The notes below the pieces were generated by a model. The model was given only the letters and a program-made list of their open reading frames with translations. It did no database searches and was not told the DNA's origin. This document shows positions 28,637-36,788 of a stretch of DNA of 64,000 bases, piece by piece. A program made the position numbers and the translations under genes. Source of the DNA: Dehalococcoidia bacterium (GTDB taxonomy: Bacteria > Chloroflexota > Dehalococcoidia > Lucifugimonadales > UBA3495); assembly GCA_034423215.1 (NCBI GenBank), contig DAOUIY010000008.1, forward strand, positions 80,904 to 144,903. The letters are read 5' to 3'. Every line of letters begins with the position of its first letter. The first letter of the stretch is position 1.

Positions 28637-29014
28637 GGGTCAACTTGCTTGAACTATGGACAATATTTCTGCTCACCATGGTCCTGTCGAAGGGCCGTTC
28701 CTTGATGGTCCAACAAGCTAATCATGAGCGGGCCACCGGGTTTGCTCATTGATGCAACGTAGGGGCGCGTGGACATGCGCCCCTACGGCCCGGCAATTTT
28801 GAATTGATGGTTGCAGCGGCCCAACCCGTCGTTCCCAAAAAGACGGGAACCTCGACCAACCCAACTCGTCGTTCCCGAGCAGGCGGGAACCTCGACCAAC
28901 CCAACCCGTCGTTCCCGAGCAGGCGGGAACCCCGACAGGCTGGAGTTAAGATTGCTGCCGTCGCAGGAATGACGGGTTAGTGCATTACCCATCTTTTCAA
29001 ACATGGTTAACCAC
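28637..29014 (+). repeat. most complete composite B-C-A element, with imperfect TIRs and a 3x tandem 40-nt hairpin unit
   Basis: Left end gggtcaacttgcttgaactatgg, right end ccatcttttcaaacatggttaaccac (imperfect inverted repeat). B arms, then C hairpin GTAGGGGCGC-gtggacat-GCGCCCCTAC. Three tandem units of cgtcgttccc....gggaacctcgaccaacccaac (28821-28935), then ATTGCTGCcgtcGCAGGAAT. Confidence 0.85.
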
Positions 29015-29047
29015 TAACTGCCGGCACGGCCTTCCGGCGCGGCAGGG

Positions 29048-29680
29048 TCACGGCTGGGACAGTTCGGTGAATACGCGGCGCCATTCCTGGTCGTCTCCCT
29101 GTCCCATGCCCTCCCGGTAAGTTATCATCCCTTCCCGGTCAAAGGCGATTTTGGTGGACTGGATGGTCACACCCAGGTCCGCCATTACCTGGGCGGGGGC
29201 GGTGGCCACCGGCCAGGGATGGTCGCGTTCGGCCCGGTAGGTCTCCAGGGTGGTAATGTCCTCAACGATTCCCGGGTGGACTCCGATGGCATAGAAGTCC
29301 ACGTCCCCGGCGTATTGGGGGTAGATGTCCTTCATCCGCCGCAACTCGGCGGTGCAAACCGGTCAAACGGTGGCCCAGAAAAAGAGGAAGGTGGGCCGGC
29401 CCGAGTTCACCAGGTCAGCAGAGGTAACGGCGCTGCCGTCTGCCAGCGTCAGGGTAAAGTCGGGCACCTGGTAGCCCGGCTGGTTTCCAATATCGGCAAC
29501 CGGATCGGGGAAATCTGCGCCGGTAAGCACGTAGCCGGATCCAGGGGGTTCTGTATTGCCGCCGGACACGTCCATGCTCTCCCCGTTGGCAGCCAAATAG
29601 ATGGACACCCCCATTCCGATGGCGGGCACCAGCACCCCCAGCCCCAGCAACACCTTTCCGATCCAACCGTTCTTGTTCAT
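29048..29680 (-). CDS. membrane-anchored thioredoxin-fold (TlpA/AhpC-TSA redoxin-like) oxidoreductase, predicted selenoprotein with U-P-V-C motif (in-frame TGA at 29363-29365)
   Basis: Track ORFs 29363-29794 and 29048-29344 are in the same frame, separated only by TGA. The joined sequence reads ...GRPTFLFFWATV-U-PVCTAELRRMKDIY.... The TGA sits where the first redox Cys belongs. The paralog at 29831-30892 has the same arrangement and a hairpin lies 10 nt downstream. Start set at ATG 29680 because a strong terminator lies at 29744-29789. Confidence 0.8.
29336..29352 (-). promoter_or_regulatory. candidate bacterial SECIS stem-loop for the 29363-29365 UGA
   Basis: The mRNA reads UGA-ccgguuugca-CCGCCG-aguug-CGGCGG. 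This is a 6-bp all-GC stem with a 5-nt G/U-containing loop starting 10 nt after the UGA. A further A-U and C-G pair is possible across one bulge. The sequence is identical in the paralog. Confidence 0.65.
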
Positions 29681-29743
29681 AGTTGTTCCCACAGAATCCA
29701 AATGGACGACTTCGAGCAACTCGGCTATTGTTGCCCAGACCAG

Positions 29744-29789
29744 GAGTGAAAAGCAAGCCGGGGCAGGTTTCTGTCTGCCCCGGCTTGCT
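29744..29789 (-). terminator. strong rho-independent terminator between the two selenoprotein paralogs
   Basis: On the minus strand: AGCAAGCCGGGGCAG-acagaaac-CTGCCCCGGCTTGCT (perfect 15-bp stem) followed by TTTTCAC. Confidence 0.8.
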
Positions 29790-29830
29790 GGCATTCCAAC
29801 CTTTATTGGCTTATGAGGTCGGTTATTGCA

Positions 29831-30892
29831 TTACTGGGATGACAGGTCCGTGAACACCTGCTGCCAGACGTCAGGACCGCCGCCGCCAAAACCGTCCCGG
29901 TAGATTATGACGCCCCGGGAATCGAAGGCTATCTTGGTTGACTGGCTGGAGACGTTCAGGGCGGAAAGGGCCTCGCGTTCGTTGACGGGGTTGGCTACCG
30001 GCCAGGGAAACCCGTTTCTCTCTCGGTGGCTTTCCAGCCTGTTCACGTCCTCAACTGCCTTGACGTATGTACCCACCGCATAAAAGTTGACCTGGTCCGC
30101 ATATTCGGGGTAAATCTCCTTCAGCCGCCGCAACTCGGCGGTGCAGACCCCTCAAGTGGTGGCGGTAAAGAACAGGAAGGTCGGTTTGCCCTGCTCCACC
30201 AGGCCGGCGGTCGAAACCGTATCTCCGCCGAACAGTTCGAGGGTAATGTCCGGGATGCGGTTGCCCACCTTGTTGCCCACCTCGGGCAGGGGTTCCTGGG
30301 GAACCGGCGTAGGCGCGTCCGTGGGCGTGGGTTCCGCGGCCTGGGTCGGCGCCGGGGCGGAGGTGGCGGTAGGGGCCGGCTGTACCACGGGAGCCTCAGC
30401 AGGAGTTGCTGCTGTTGGCTGAGCTACTGCCGGCTGGGCCTCCGTCGCCTGGGTGGGCTCGGCGGCCGGCTCAGGCTGGGCAACTACGACCACGGCCAGG
30501 GCAGGGTTTTCAGACGCCGGCGGGTCTGCTACGGCTGCAGGGGTATTTTCCGCCGCCTGGCTCATTTCCTCGACGGACGGTGAATCCTGGACTGCTCCGG
30601 CAACCACCGGCTGGGTTTCGACCGGTGCGGCCTGCTGGGAGGACGTTGCCGCCAGGGGTTGACTCGCTTCCTGGGGCGCGGTCTGCTCAACCGCGGTGCC
30701 CAGGGATTCGGACTGCGCGCCGGTAGCCGGCTCCGATTGGCGGCTTTCTCCGGCGGCCGGGGCCACTTGTTCCGGGGGGCTGTCGGACTGGCAAGCCACG
30801 CTGGCTACCAGCAGCAGGCCAACCAATCCGGGGACGGCCCAGCGCAGCTTGCCGCGCAACCTCCGGCCCCCCGCGGGGAAGGTTAATTTCAT
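29831..30892 (-). CDS. lipoprotein with a long low-complexity linker and a thioredoxin-fold redoxin-like domain, predicted selenoprotein with U-G-V-C motif (in-frame TGA at 30152-30154)
   Basis: Track ORFs 30152-30892 and 29831-30133 are in frame across the TGA. The junction reads ...GKPTFLFFTATT-U-GVCTAELRRLKEIY.... Lipobox LLVASVAC, then about 170 aa of Ala/Pro/Gln/Thr/Glu-rich linker. The C-terminal domain aligns with gene A on both sides of the TGA. Confidence 0.8.
30125..30141 (-). promoter_or_regulatory. candidate bacterial SECIS stem-loop for the 30152-30154 UGA
   Basis: The mRNA reads UGA-ggggucugca-CCGCCG-aguug-CGGCGG. The hairpin and the 10-nt spacing match 29336-29352. Confidence 0.65.
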
Positions 30893-30988
30893 TTGACTAC
30901 TCCTGAAATTATTCGAGATCGTTGCAGAAGGTTTAGGCTCCTAATTCTAACATACGAAATTGGGCCCACACCGGTTTCGCTTGGGGAT

Positions 30989-31195
30989 GCAGGGCGATTG
31001 CAGCTTGAATTGAGCCGTACACCCAACCTGAAGTCATGTCGCCCTGAGCTTGCCGAAGGGCTCGAAATCCTTCCCTCCAACCCGGTTGCGGGTACGAAAG
31101 TCGAATTGTGGGATGGGGTTTAGATTCTTCACTCCGTTCAGAATGACAGGTTTAGCCGCTCAGGATAACAATTCGTTAAAGCGCATTTGCCCTGC
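30989..31195. repeat. D-type repeat with imperfect TIRs related to the 20071-20204 element
   Basis: Left end gcagggcgattgcagctt, right end aaagcgcatttgccctgc (compare CAGGGCAAACGCATTCT). The interior gtcgccctgagcttgccgaagggctcgaaatcct...gtttagattcttcactccgttcagaatgac matches 11643-11785. Confidence 0.7.
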
Positions 31196-31403
31196 CTTCT
31201 GATACCGCAATGGTGCAAGCGGAACAAAGGGGAAGTACTCAGCGGACTGACTGGAAAAACCTTCCAGGGCAAGGACACCTGCAAATAGGAAACAAAGCCC
31301 TATTAGGCAACGCAAGGTGCGGATAAAAATGAGAGGCGCCGTGCCCTCCTCACCACGCAGGCCCTACCAAATCCCCTCGACAGGCCCCACGCAGGGAGCG
31401 ATG

Positions 31404-32891
31404 CTACCGGGCCCGGCCGCCCTGCAGCCAGGCCCGGCCGTCAATTGACATGAACCTGTCCGCTTCTACAGGCCCCCAACTGCCCTCGGAGTAGTAGTAA
31501 GGGCGGGGAGCGTTCGGGAGGCTGAATCCCGCGATGATGGGGTCAACGATGCTCCAGGCCTGCTCAATCTCGTCGGCCCGGGTAAAGAGGGAGGCGTCGC
31601 CGTTCAGGGCATCCAGGAGCAGGCGCTCATAGGCATCGGGGATGGCCTGGCCGCTGAAGGCCTCGTGGTAGTGGAATTCCAGCTCGGCTTTACGCATCTG
31701 CAATCCCGCCTCGGGAGTCTTGGTCTGAAACTCCAATTGGAACCCCTCGTCGGGCTGCACGAAGATGGCCAGGGTATTGGGGGGTATGTCCTCGTCTTCG
31801 GCCAGGGGGAAAAGCATGTGAGGCGGGTTGCGGAACTGGATGATGATTTCGGTGGACTTGTTGCGCAGGGCCTTGCCGGACCGCAGGTAGAAGGGGACTC
31901 CCTGCCACCGCCAGTTGTCCACGTAGAGGCGCACGGCCGCATAGGTGGCGGTGTCGGACTCCAGCGATACGCCACTTTCGTCCCGGTAGGTCCGGTACTG
32001 GCCGGGGATGGCGTGGACTGCCACGTCCTCCGGGTGGATGCGGCGGATAGCATTAAGCACCTTGACCTTTTCGTTGCGAAGGGCCTCAGCCTCGAAGGCG
32101 TGAGGAGGTTCCATGGCCACCAGGGTCATCAGCTGCAGCAGGTGATTCTGGAACATATCCCGCAGCACCCCGGTCTGGTCATAGTACTCGCCCCGCTCGT
32201 CAATCTTCAGGGTTTCGGCCACGGTAATCTGTACGTGGTCTATGTAATTGCGGTTCCATATTGGCTCAAAAATGGCGTTGGCAAAGCGGAAAACCAGCAG
32301 GTTTTGCACCGTTTCCTTGCCCAGGTAATGGTCTATGCGAAACACTTGGTCTTCCCGGAACACCGAGTGGGCGACATCGTTCAGTTCCCGTGCCGAGGAA
32401 AGGTCGGTGCCGAAGGGTTTTTCCACCACCAGCCGGCGCCAGCCACCGGCATCTTCGGCCATGCCGGCCTCACCCAGCCCGGCAATGGCCGACTGGTATA
32501 AGGCGGGAGCAAGGGAAAGGTAGTACAGCCGGTTTCCGGCCTGCCCGGCCGGCTCTATGCCGGAGAGCTTGTTCCTGACCTCCAGCAGGTCGCCGGTACT
32601 GGTGACGTCGCCGTGGAGGTAGTGAATGCGGGAGGCAAACTCGGTCCATTGGCCCGGCGTGGGCGAGGCTATTTCTCCGTCCAGTGACTGCCTCAAAAGG
32701 CCCCGGAACTGGTCGTCGTTCAGGTCGCTGCGGGCTACGCCGAGAATTCCCAGGTTTTCCGGCAGGCTCCCCTTGCAGTAGAGACTGCACAGGGCCGGCA
32801 CCAGTTTTCGCCTGGTGAGGTCGCCGCTGGCCCCGAAAATCACCAGCGTATTAGACTCCCGGCTCCCGGTGGGCAATTCAGCCGTCGCCAT
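31404..32891 (-). CDS. zwf: glucose-6-phosphate 1-dehydrogenase
   Basis: LVIFGASGDLTRRKL NADP motif and active-site RIDHYLGKE. Start at ATG 32891 with AGGAGG 7 nt upstream. The track ORF to 33179 is an upstream extension overlapping gnd. Confidence 0.93.
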   Translation of the reverse strand: MATAELPTGSRESNTLVIFGASGDLTRRKLVPALCSLYCKGSLPENLGILGVARSDLNDDQFRGLLRQSLDGEIASPTPGQWTEFASRIHYLHGDVTSTGDLLEVRNKLSGIEPAGQAGNRLYYLSLAPALYQSAIAGLGEAGMAEDAGGWRRLVVEKPFGTDLSSARELNDVAHSVFREDQVFRIDHYLGKETVQNLLVFRFANAIFEPIWNRNYIDHVQITVAETLKIDERGEYYDQTGVLRDMFQNHLLQLMTLVAMEPPHAFEAEALRNEKVKVLNAIRRIHPEDVAVHAIPGQYRTYRDESGVSLESDTATYAAVRLYVDNWRWQGVPFYLRSGKALRNKSTEIIIQFRNPPHMLFPLAEDEDIPPNTLAIFVQPDEGFQLEFQTKTPEAGLQMRKAELEFHYHEAFSGQAIPDAYERLLLDALNGDASLFTRADEIEQAWSIVDPIIAGFSLPNAPRPYYYSEGSWGPVEADRFMSIDGRAWLQGGRAR

Positions 32892-33798
32892 GGCTCGTCC
32901 TCCTGACCGGGTGCCCGCCAAACTGGTTGCGCAGGGCGGCCAGCAGCTTGGCGCCGAAGGGCTGGGCCTGGCGGGAGCGGAACCGCTGCAAGAGCGACAG
33001 TGTGATAACGGGAGCCGGCACCGCCAGGTCAACCGACTCCTGGACGGTCCACCTGCCCTCGCCTGAGTCTTCCACGTAGGCCTCCAGGTCGGAAAGGCTG
33101 GGATCGTCTTCCAGGGCCGACACCACCAGGTCAAGCAGCCAGGAACGCACGACGCTGCCGTGCCGCCAGGTATTGGCAATCCTGGGCAGGTCGAGGTTGA
33201 ATTCCTCCTTGGCCGCCATGAGTTCGAAACCCTCGGCGTAGGCCTCCATCAGGGCGTACTCCACGCCGTTGTGCACCATCTTGACGAAATGCCCGGCCCC
33301 CACAGGGCCCACGTGGCTATAACCCCGGCCGGCTCCCGGGGCCAACGACTGGAGAATCGGGTCCAGTCTTTGGAACGTCTCTTCCCGGCCGCCCACCATC
33401 AGGGTATAGCCCTCGGACAGGCCCCAGATTCCCCCGCTGGTACCCACGTCCATCAACTCAATGCCCTGACGTTCCAGCTCTGCGGCCCGGCGCAGCGTAT
33501 CCTTGTAGTTGGCGTTGCCCCCGTCCAGAATCACGTCGCCCGGACTCAGCAGGGGGGCCAGCGAAAGCATGGTATCTTCCGTTGGCTGTCCCTGGGGCAG
33601 CATCAGCCAGATGGGTCGGGGAGGACTCAACTGGTCCACCAGGTCCTGCAGGGATGACGCGCCCTGGGCTCCGAGAGCCCCGGATGCAGCGACGGCGTCT
33701 TCGCTGGTGTCGTAGGCAACCACGCGGTGACCGGATTCCAGCAACCGCTGGACCATGTTGCCGCCCATGCGGCCCAGGCCAATCATACCCAGTTCCAC
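32878..33798 (-). CDS. gnd: 6-phosphogluconate dehydrogenase, decarboxylating (short, about 300-aa type)
   Basis: MIGLGRMGGNMVQRL Rossmann motif and HNGVEYALMEAYAEGF. GTG start with a GGGAGG SD. The 3' end overlaps the zwf start by 14 nt. Confidence 0.88.
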   Translation of the reverse strand: MELGMIGLGRMGGNMVQRLLESGHRVVAYDTSEDAVAASGALGAQGASSLQDLVDQLSPPRPIWLMLPQGQPTEDTMLSLAPLLSPGDVILDGGNANYKDTLRRAAELERQGIELMDVGTSGGIWGLSEGYTLMVGGREETFQRLDPILQSLAPGAGRGYSHVGPVGAGHFVKMVHNGVEYALMEAYAEGFELMAAKEEFNLDLPRIANTWRHGSVVRSWLLDLVVSALEDDPSLSDLEAYVEDSGEGRWTVQESVDLAVPAPVITLSLLQRFRSRQAQPFGAKLLAALRNQFGGHPVRRTSHGDG

Positions 33799-33951
33799 GA
33801 AGCTAACCTCCCTGGCGCCAGCCCTGACTAAGTAACTATCTCAACAGTCCCTTCCCTTTTGACCGGAGAAGGCCAGAACGGGGATGGAATTTCTCCCCAC
33901 CATGCAGATACAAGGCATTCACCAAGTTCGCTGCAGGACTAGAAATTCTCC

Positions 33952-35577
33952 CTAAATGCTCTCGGCCAGTGGTTCAATGCCCCGCCCCGGTGCATCTTCC
34001 AGGCGGACTCGGGCGACTCGCCTTCCCAGGGCCTTCAGGGCCAGGAAATCACCCGACGCCTGGGCTTCCGCCAGCGTGCCAAAGGAGTAGGGGCGGCCGG
34101 GAATCTCAATCCGGGAGCCGCAGTCGGCCGTAAGTTGAAGGAAGATGCCCGAATCGGGGCCGCCCTTGTGCAGCTGCCCGGTAGAGTGCAGATAGCGGGG
34201 GCCAAAACCGGCCGTGGTAGCTATATTGTACTGCTGGGAAATCCGCCGGCGGAGATTATCCAGTTGCTCGTTCACCTCGGGCGAATCCGGCAGGTAAGCA
34301 AGGATGGCCAAGTAGTCCCCCAGGCCCGCCGCATCCAGCAGCGACTCCAGCGAGTGGGAGCTTTCCACTTCCGGCAGTTGTCCGGTGGCGACAAACTCAT
34401 CCAACACCCGGTCGGTCATATCCTTGGCTCCCTGCACGTCGGGCTGGTCAAAGGGATGAACGCCCAGCAGGTGGCCGGCCACCGCCGTAGCGAACTCCCA
34501 GCGGTAGAACTCGCCGCCCAGGTCGTACCTGTCCCCCAACCGCAGCCGGACTACCGGGTGATTGCCGGCCAGGCTGTCAACCAGCACATCAGTATCCGTA
34601 TTGTCCGCTCCTTCCAGGCGAAGGTAAACAAACAACCGGTCGTCGGCATAGCTTTCGGGGCTGAGCAAGGGTTCGTTCGCCACGGGAATTATCCCTTTGC
34701 CCGACTTTCCCAGGCTCTCGGCAAGCATCTGCTCTACCCAGAGGCCGAAGCCGGCCAGAGCGGGCGAGGTTACCAGGGTAAGCTTGTCGCGGCCCGCCTG
34801 CGCCAGCGATGCCATCGCAGCCCCCAGGCGGGCGCCGGGATTCTCCCCGGCAGGCGACAGGGCGCAGGCCTCGCGCATGGACTGGGCGCTGTCCAGCAAC
34901 CGGGGCAAGTCCAGTCCAATCAATGACGCCGGAACCAGGCCGAAATATGACAGGACGGAATAGCGGCCGCCAACTTCCGGGGGGTTTGCAAAGACCCGCC
35001 GGAAATGCTCCCTCGCACCCAATTTCTCCAGTGGCGTTCCGGGGTCGGTGACGGCGATGAAGTTTTCGCCGGCCCGCTCCTCCCCAACTATGGCGGCCAC
35101 CCGGCGCCGGTAGTAGGAGTAGAGGGTATTGGGCTCTATCGTCGTGCCCGACTTGGAGGAGACCAGGAACAGGGTCGAGGCCGGGTCTATCCTGGCGTCA
35201 ACGGCCTCAATCCAGGACGGCAGGGTAGCATCCAGCACCAACAACTCAGGGCAGCCCGGTCGGCTGCCGAAAGTGCGCCGCAGCACCTCCGGCCCCAGGC
35301 TGCTTCCCCCCATGCCCAGCAGCGCCACGTGCCGGTACCCACACGAAAGAACTTCGCCGGTAAAACCGTCCAGTTCCGCGACCTGCCGCCCCATGCTGGC
35401 CGGCAGTTCCAGCCAGCCCAGGCGGTCGGATATTTCTGCCGGCCCGTCGGCCCAGACCCGGAAATCGCCCTGCCAGATGCGGGAGACTATGTCCCGGGCA
35501 TCCAGGTCCCGCAGGGCGGACTGGGCCGCTTTGCCAAGACTGCCCAGAGATTCTTCTGAAGAGGCAACTGTAACCAC
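33952..35577 (-). CDS. pgi: glucose-6-phosphate isomerase (SIS-domain PGI of the type found in transaldolase/PGI fusions)
   Basis: LLGMGGSSLGPEV and FLVSSKSGTTIEP SIS motifs. The start is uncertain. I chose GTG at 35577 (GGGAG SD 6 nt upstream); the ORF is open to 35748. Confidence 0.8.
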   Translation of the reverse strand: MVTVASSEESLGSLGKAAQSALRDLDARDIVSRIWQGDFRVWADGPAEISDRLGWLELPASMGRQVAELDGFTGEVLSCGYRHVALLGMGGSSLGPEVLRRTFGSRPGCPELLVLDATLPSWIEAVDARIDPASTLFLVSSKSGTTIEPNTLYSYYRRRVAAIVGEERAGENFIAVTDPGTPLEKLGAREHFRRVFANPPEVGGRYSVLSYFGLVPASLIGLDLPRLLDSAQSMREACALSPAGENPGARLGAAMASLAQAGRDKLTLVTSPALAGFGLWVEQMLAESLGKSGKGIIPVANEPLLSPESYADDRLFVYLRLEGADNTDTDVLVDSLAGNHPVVRLRLGDRYDLGGEFYRWEFATAVAGHLLGVHPFDQPDVQGAKDMTDRVLDEFVATGQLPEVESSHSLESLLDAAGLGDYLAILAYLPDSPEVNEQLDNLRRRISQQYNIATTAGFGPRYLHSTGQLHKGGPDSGIFLQLTADCGSRIEIPGRPYSFGTLAEAQASGDFLALKALGRRVARVRLEDAPGRGIEPLAESI

Positions 35578-35772
35578 AAGGCGCTCCCGGCTGGCCGGTT
35601 CAAGGACTGAACGATCAGGTGAAAGTACGCTAAAGATACCATACCGTTTTCGGACGGGCCAAGCGAGGAGACAGACCATCCCGACCCAATTGGCCCGCGG
35701 CCCCATGCTATAATCCCGAAAGTTCCTACGGCAAGGTCTTTCTTCCAACCGCTATGCGCAGGAGGTATTCAG

Positions 35773-36660
35773 TTGAATAGCATGGCTCCAAACCCCGGTG
35801 GACCAACTGAACACCGCACCCGGGTAGGTGAACTTGACGTTCATTACCTTGAATGGCTTCCCTCCGAACAACCGAAATCCACCCCGGTTGTGGCGCTGCA
35901 CGGCCTGGCTTCAACCTCCCATTGGTACGAGCGGCTATCCGCCCGCCTGAGCGGCAGTTACCGGGTGGTGGCCCCCGACCAGCGCGGCCACGGCCGGACC
36001 ACCCAGGCGCCCGCGGGCTACGACTGGCAGACACTGGCTTCGGACGTCATAAGTTTCATGGACGGGCTGGGTATAGAGACTGCGGCGGTGGTGGGCCATT
36101 CCTGGGGCGGCAACGTGGCCATCAACGTAGCGGCAAAATTCCCGGAACGGGTCAGCAAACTGGTGATGATTGACGGCGGCTTTCTGGACGGCCACCTGCT
36201 GCCGGACGCCTCATGGGAGTTGTTCAGAAACCGTTTCGCGCCGCGCAACGTCTCCGGTACCCGCGCGGAGTTCCTGGCCCGGGTCAGCGACCAGTTGGCC
36301 GACTGCTGGGCAGAAGACCTGGAACGCATTGTCCAGACCATGGTTTACGAGGACGGTGAGGGCCAGATTCAGGATATCCTGCGGCCTTCCAACCACGCCC
36401 AGGTGTTGGAAGCCATGTGGGGAGAGCCGCCATCGGTCACTTTGCCCCGTATTGAGTGCCCCACGTTGATCGTTCCGGCCGGGCCCAGGCCGGACCGGGC
36501 GGGGGGCGAGTTCAGCCGCACCAAGCAGGTGATGGTGGAAGCGGCGGCGCAGGCGGTCCCCAACAACCGGGTCCACTGGATACCCGAGACCATCCACGAC
36601 ATCGGCTACCACAAGCCGGACGAACTGGCCGGCGTCATCCTGGAGTTCCTGGGAGACTAA
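35773..36660 (+). CDS. alpha/beta hydrolase fold protein
   Basis: 295 aa. LHGLASTSHW, nucleophile elbow GHSWGG, C-terminal HDIGYHKP. TTG start 7 nt after GGAGG. Confidence 0.85.
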   Translation: MNSMAPNPGGPTEHRTRVGELDVHYLEWLPSEQPKSTPVVALHGLASTSHWYERLSARLSGSYRVVAPDQRGHGRTTQAPAGYDWQTLASDVISFMDGLGIETAAVVGHSWGGNVAINVAAKFPERVSKLVMIDGGFLDGHLLPDASWELFRNRFAPRNVSGTRAEFLARVSDQLADCWAEDLERIVQTMVYEDGEGQIQDILRPSNHAQVLEAMWGEPPSVTLPRIECPTLIVPAGPRPDRAGGEFSRTKQVMVEAAAQAVPNNRVHWIPETIHDIGYHKPDELAGVILEFLGD

Positions 36661-36788
36661 TGAGAGTGTGGCCCGGGTTGGACGATGCGGCGGGACCGGA
36701 AAAAGAGTCGGGGCGGGTTGCAGACCCGCCCCGATTCTTTTCATTTGTTCAGGCCCCATTTGTTAGAGAGCCTCCCGGGGGGCAGAGA

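Noticed and set aside
28821-28935. Three tandem palindromic approx. 29-nt units resembling type I CRISPR repeats (cgtcGTTCCC...GGGAACctcgacc)
   Set aside because: The period is only 40 nt. The approx. 10-nt linkers are constant (ccaacccaac) rather than unique spacers. The same unit occurs singly in many other intergenic repeats, and there are no cas genes. It is part of the MITE-like family, not a CRISPR array.
32892-33179. N-terminal extension of the zwf ORF (591-aa version in the track)
   Set aside because: The extension overlaps the gnd coding frame and is Pro/Cys/Trp/Arg-rich. The ATG at 32891 has AGGAGG 7 nt upstream and gives the canonical Zwf N-terminus.
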